Below, one piece after another: positions 59,933-64,000 of a stretch of DNA of 64,000 nucleotides; position 1 is the stretch's first letter; every line of letters starts with the position of its first letter. The translations under genes and the position numbers were made by a program. The stretch is from Candidatus Nomurabacteria bacterium. Lineage in GTDB: Bacteria; Patescibacteriota; Minisyncoccia; Phycocordibacterales; UBA9973. The notes under the pieces were generated by a model, which ran no database searches, was not told the DNA's origin, and worked only from the letters and a program-made list of their open reading frames with translations. The stretch is taken from NCBI GenBank assembly GCA_026396065.1, contig JAPLXO010000011.1, forward strand, positions 10,748 to 74,747, written 5' to 3'.

Positions 59933-61063
59933 ATGAAAATTGTTTTTACTGGTGGTGGTACAGGTGGACACTTTTATCCAATCATCGCAATAGCACAAAG
60001 AGTCAACCAAATAGTAAGTAAAGAAAAAATACTACAAGTAAAATTGTATTATATTTCAGATAGCCCTTATGATAAGGCTGCACTTTTTGAAAATTCTTTA
60101 ATATATGAAGAAGTAAATGCTGGAAAATTAAGAACTTATTTTTCAATAAAAAATTTTTTTGATGTTTTTAAAACAATACTAGGAATATTGAAGGCGATTA
60201 TCAAACTTTATTTAATTTATCCAGATGTAGTTTTTGGTAAAGGTGGTTATGCATCTTTTCCTACACTTTTTGCAGCAAGACTTTTAAGAATACCTGTAAT
60301 TATTCATGATTCTGATTCTGCTCCAGGAAGAGTAAATCAATGGGCTGGAAAATTTGCAAAAAAAATAGCAATTTCTTTTCCTGAAGCAGGAAGTTATTTT
60401 CCAAAAGAAAAAACAGCATGGACTGGCCAACCAATTCGTTTAGAAATAGAAAAACCAGCACCTAAAGATGAATCATTGCGATATTGGAAATTAGAATCAA
60501 GCCTTCCTGTTATTTTTATAATTGGTGGATCTCAAGGAGCAGAGTTAATAAACAGTGTTATTCTAGATGCATTGCCAAGATTATTAGAAAACTTTCAAAT
60601 AATTCACCAAACTGGTGTATTAAATTTTAAAATGGTTTCAGAAAGAGCTAGTATTGTTTTAGCTAATAATCCAAATAAATCTAGATACCAAACAATAGAT
60701 TTTCTTAATCCTCTGCAATTAAAAACAGCTGCTGGTGCTGCTAGTATTATTATCTCTAGGGCTGGGTCTGGATTATTTGAAATTGCTGGATGGGGAGTAC
60801 CATCAATCTTAATTCCTTTTACAAATTCAAACGAAGATCACGCAAAGAAAAATGCATTTAATTATGCTCGAGCAGGGGCTTGCAGTGTAATAGAAGAAAT
60901 GAACATGACTGCAAATATTATGATTGCTGAAATAGATAGAATAATGGAAGACAAAATGACTTATGCTAGAATGTCTCAAAGTGCTAAAAATTTTAATAAA
61001 ATAGGTGCAGCTGAAAAAATAGCTCAAGCTTTAATTGATATTGCCCTTGGGCATGAAGAATAA
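59933..61063 (+). CDS. murG: UDP-GlcNAc lipid I transferase MurG
   Basis: GGGTGGHFYP, GKGGY, GGSQGA, SRAG. Confidence 0.96.
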   Translation: MKIVFTGGGTGGHFYPIIAIAQRVNQIVSKEKILQVKLYYISDSPYDKAALFENSLIYEEVNAGKLRTYFSIKNFFDVFKTILGILKAIIKLYLIYPDVVFGKGGYASFPTLFAARLLRIPVIIHDSDSAPGRVNQWAGKFAKKIAISFPEAGSYFPKEKTAWTGQPIRLEIEKPAPKDESLRYWKLESSLPVIFIIGGSQGAELINSVILDALPRLLENFQIIHQTGVLNFKMVSERASIVLANNPNKSRYQTIDFLNPLQLKTAAGAASIIISRAGSGLFEIAGWGVPSILIPFTNSNEDHAKKNAFNYARAGACSVIEEMNMTANIMIAEIDRIMEDKMTYARMSQSAKNFNKIGAAEKIAQALIDIALGHEE

Positions 61064-61129
61064 AGGTATTTTCAACTGATATTGACTTTTTATCAAAAAG
61101 GGTATATAATATAATACGGATTAGCTCAT

Positions 61130-61426
61130 ATGCGTCCGATATGTATTTTGATAACAGAAGAAGATTATATTGAAAGCATACTTTCAATAATTAAACCTGA
61201 AGAAAATCTTTTACAAGCAGTGTTTGAATCTGCTAAGAAGAAAAAAGTTGTTTTTTTATTTGATGAAAGAGTATCAACTACTCCTAGTAAAATAAAAAAA
61301 GGTGTTACAAAAGTTTCTAAAGATATCAATTTATCAGAGGAAACAATTTATGACTTAATTACAGACATGGTATTGAGAGTAAAAAATTACACTCAATCCA
61401 CCATAGTACCTGGTAATTTTGATTAA
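61130..61426 (+). CDS. Small hypothetical protein
   Basis: 98 aa ORF after TTGACT..TATAAT; hairpin aagccc..gggcttt at 61475-61503. Confidence 0.5.
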   Translation: MRPICILITEEDYIESILSIIKPEENLLQAVFESAKKKKVVFLFDERVSTTPSKIKKGVTKVSKDINLSEETIYDLITDMVLRVKNYTQSTIVPGNFD

Positions 61427-61552
61427 AAAATCCATGGCGGATTGAATCATCTAGATTCACAAAAGATTAACACAAGCCCCATCAGAAATACTGAAGGGGC
61501 TTTGTTTATTTTTATGCCTTTTAAAAAATTAGAAAAATGATATAATAGAAAA

Positions 61553-62971
61553 ATGTCTGATAAAAAAGTAATTACAAGATTTGCGCCAAGTCCTACAGGT
61601 TTTATGCATGTTGGTGGTGTTCGCACTGCACTCTATGCGTGGCTTTGGGCAAAAAAAAATAATGGGGCTTTTATTTTAAGAATTGAAGACACAGATAAAG
61701 AACGAGAGGTTGAAGGTTCAATTGCACACATTATGGAGTCATTAAAATGGCTCGGTATACAATGGGATCAGGGACCTGATATAGGTGGCCCATATGGATC
61801 ATATATTCAATCAGAAAGATTAGAACTTTATAAAAAATATGCATTAAAACTTATTGAAAAAGGAGATGCTTACCCTGATCCATATACAAAAGAACAGCTT
61901 GATGAATTTAGGAAAAAAGCTGACGATGAAAAAAGACCATTCTTATATAGAGAACATAGGCCAGAGAATTTTGGTATATGGGATGGTACACAAGCTCTTC
62001 GTTTTAAAACTCCAGAAATAAAAAGTTATAAATGGCATGATGCTGTACGCGGAGATTTGAGTGCAGGAGAAGAAGCACTAGATGATTTTATTTTAATAAA
62101 AACTGATGGTTACCCTACATATAATTTTGCACACATTATTGATGACTTACAAATGGAAGTGACACATATAATGAGAGCTGATGAATTTATTTCGTCTACT
62201 CCGAAGTTTCTATCATTATATGATGCACTTGGAATAACACCACCAATTTTTGCAACGTTACCTCCGATTCTAGTAGAAGGAGGACATAAAAAACTGGGCA
62301 AACGTGATGGAGCAAAAGATATTTTAGAATACAAAAAAGAAGGGTACCTAAAAGAAACTATGATAAATTTCTTAGCACTTTTGGGCTGGAATCCAGGAGG
62401 AGAAAAAGAAATATATACAGTAGATGAATTAATAGAAGCTTTTACTCTAGAGAGAATTCAAATTTCTGGTGCACAAATGAACCTAGAGAAGCTTGATTGG
62501 ATGAATAAAGAACATATAAAAAAAATGAATCTGGAAGATTTAAAAAATAAAATTTTTGGATTTTTACCCAAAGAATATCAAAACGAAAAAATTATTCCTG
62601 TGATAGCTGAAAGAATTGCAAAATTTTCTGACATAACAGAAATGCTAGAGAAGGCTGAATTAAATTTCTTTTTTAAAGAACCAATTTATGATAAAACCAA
62701 ACTTATTTATAAAACTTCTACAAAAGAACAAACCGATATAAATATAAATAATGCCATAAAATCTTTGGAAGATTTAAACGAAAGTCAGTTTACAAAAGAA
62801 AATGTAAAAGAAGCTTTAATGCAACTTGCAAATGCTCTACCTAGCCGTGGAGAAATTTTGCATCCAATTCGTTTTGCTCTATCTGGACTAGACAAATCAC
62901 CAGATCCTTTTATTATTGCTGAAATTTTAGGAAAAAATGAAACTATTTCAAGATTACAAAAAGCGCTTTAA
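61553..62971 (+). CDS. gltX: Glutamate--tRNA ligase
   Basis: RFAPSPTGFMHVG, LRIEDTD, YIQSER, KLGKR. Confidence 0.97.
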   Translation: MSDKKVITRFAPSPTGFMHVGGVRTALYAWLWAKKNNGAFILRIEDTDKEREVEGSIAHIMESLKWLGIQWDQGPDIGGPYGSYIQSERLELYKKYALKLIEKGDAYPDPYTKEQLDEFRKKADDEKRPFLYREHRPENFGIWDGTQALRFKTPEIKSYKWHDAVRGDLSAGEEALDDFILIKTDGYPTYNFAHIIDDLQMEVTHIMRADEFISSTPKFLSLYDALGITPPIFATLPPILVEGGHKKLGKRDGAKDILEYKKEGYLKETMINFLALLGWNPGGEKEIYTVDELIEAFTLERIQISGAQMNLEKLDWMNKEHIKKMNLEDLKNKIFGFLPKEYQNEKIIPVIAERIAKFSDITEMLEKAELNFFFKEPIYDKTKLIYKTSTKEQTDININNAIKSLEDLNESQFTKENVKEALMQLANALPSRGEILHPIRFALSGLDKSPDPFIIAEILGKNETISRLQKAL

Positions 62972-64000
62972 TTTAATAACTTTTATAGTTTTAGGATTTG
63001 TAATAATAACTCCTATATATTTTTTACATGCACAAAGTGCAGAAGAAATTAACCAAAAGATATCACAGAGAAATTTAGATATAGATTATTTAGAAAAAGA
63101 AATTGCTCAATATCAAAACCAGCTAGACGATATTGGAAAACAAAAAAATTCTTTAAATAGTTCACTAAAGGAATTGGATATAAATAGTAAAAAATTAAAT
63201 GCAAACATAAAAGTAACTGAGCGTAAAATTGAAAACAAAAATTCTGAAATAAAAGATCTTGGTTTACAAATAAATGAAAAAGTTAATACAATAGACAACA
63301 ATAAGAATGCTATAGCTTTGGAAATAAAACAAACCAATGAATTTGAAAATAATACGATTTTAGAAAGTATTTTAAGTAAAAATAAAATTTCAAATATTTG
63401 GAAAGATATAGACACAATGTCTACCGTGCAAAATCAGATTAGGGAAAAAATTATTGAAATAAAAAATATCAAAACTAAATTAGAAAATACAAAAAATATC
63501 ACAGAGAAAGCAAGAAGTGAATTGATTTCTTTAAAATCAGATTTAGCAGATCAAAAAAAAATAGTTGACCAGAATACAAAAGATAAAAAAAAGTTATTGG
63601 CTCAAACAAAAAACAACGAAGCCTCTTATCAAAAACTTCTAAAAGATAAATTAGCAAAAAAAGAAGCATTTGAAAATGAGTTGCGAAATTATGAGTCACA
63701 ATTAAAATTTATTCTTGATCCTTCAAAACTACCAAATGGTGGAGTTCTTTCTTGGCCACTTGATAAAATTTATATGACTCAACTTTTTGGTAAAACAGAA
63801 GCAGGGAAGCGTTTATATGCAAATGGTACACATAATGGGGTAGACTTTCGTGCATCAGTCGGTACACCAGTAAAAGCTATGGCAAATGGAACAGTGATGG
63901 GTACAGGTGATACAGATCTTACTTGTTCTAGTGCTTCTTTTGGACGTTTTGTGTTTATTAAATATGATAATGGACTTTCTAGTACTTATGGTCATCTTTC
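62937..64000 (+). CDS. Coiled-coil M23 peptidase (EnvC/CwlO-like), 3' partial, not in ORF track
   Basis: Own translation MKLFQDYKKRFNLITFIVLGFVII... signal/TM, long coiled coil, WPL, HNGVDFRASVGTPVKA, YGHL; open to window end. Confidence 0.9.
   Translation, partial: MKLFQDYKKRFNLITFIVLGFVIITPIYFLHAQSAEEINQKISQRNLDIDYLEKEIAQYQNQLDDIGKQKNSLNSSLKELDINSKKLNANIKVTERKIENKNSEIKDLGLQINEKVNTIDNNKNAIALEIKQTNEFENNTILESILSKNKISNIWKDIDTMSTVQNQIREKIIEIKNIKTKLENTKNITEKARSELISLKSDLADQKKIVDQNTKDKKKLLAQTKNNEASYQKLLKDKLAKKEAFENELRNYESQLKFILDPSKLPNGGVLSWPLDKIYMTQLFGKTEAGKRLYANGTHNGVDFRASVGTPVKAMANGTVMGTGDTDLTCSSASFGRFVFIKYDNGLSSTYGHL

Noticed and set aside
1-64000. Alternative genetic code (TGA=Gly)
   Set aside because: Conserved genes are full length under code 11 and TGA ends paralog 4 at the family's normal C-terminus

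Overview
AT-rich bacterial chromosome window whose gene content and style point to a Candidate Phyla Radiation (Patescibacteria, Parcubacteria-like) genome (inference: compact alpha/L13-S9 operon, GAD-less AspRS, stand-alone VirD4-like ATPases, PaaX/Cas2-like regulator, almost no Shine-Dalgarno signals). It contains the infA-rpmJ-rpsM-rpsK-rpsD-rpoA-rplQ-rplM-rpsI cluster; a grpE-dnaK...dnaJ chaperone locus interrupted by two VirD4/TraG-like ATPases and six divergent ~570-590 aa Cys-rich zinc-ribbon paralogs (a seventh sits before mraY); PBP2; agmatinase; a 2083 aa SpvB/FG-GAP/Rhs protein with a Zn-peptidase-like tip and downstream small genes; an orphan histidine kinase; cysS, corA, rplU, recR, dnaB, trpS, trpR, aspS, riboflavin kinase, pepN, scpAB, a DD-carboxypeptidase, mraY-ftsW-murG, gltX and a partial M23 peptidase. 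Best candidate for an undescribed system: the ATPase plus Cys-rich paralog array, which shares a CxxC-x17-CxxC domain with the ATPase, shows nucleotide-identical swapped gene ends, and has a TrpR-operator-like box in its promoter. Also notable: a ~200 nt structured ncRNA candidate after grpE, small palindromic elements inserted into coding sequences, and pervasive leaderless promoter geometry. No rRNA, canonical tRNA, CRISPR array, integrase or transposase was seen. All calls are by eye; no database search was run.
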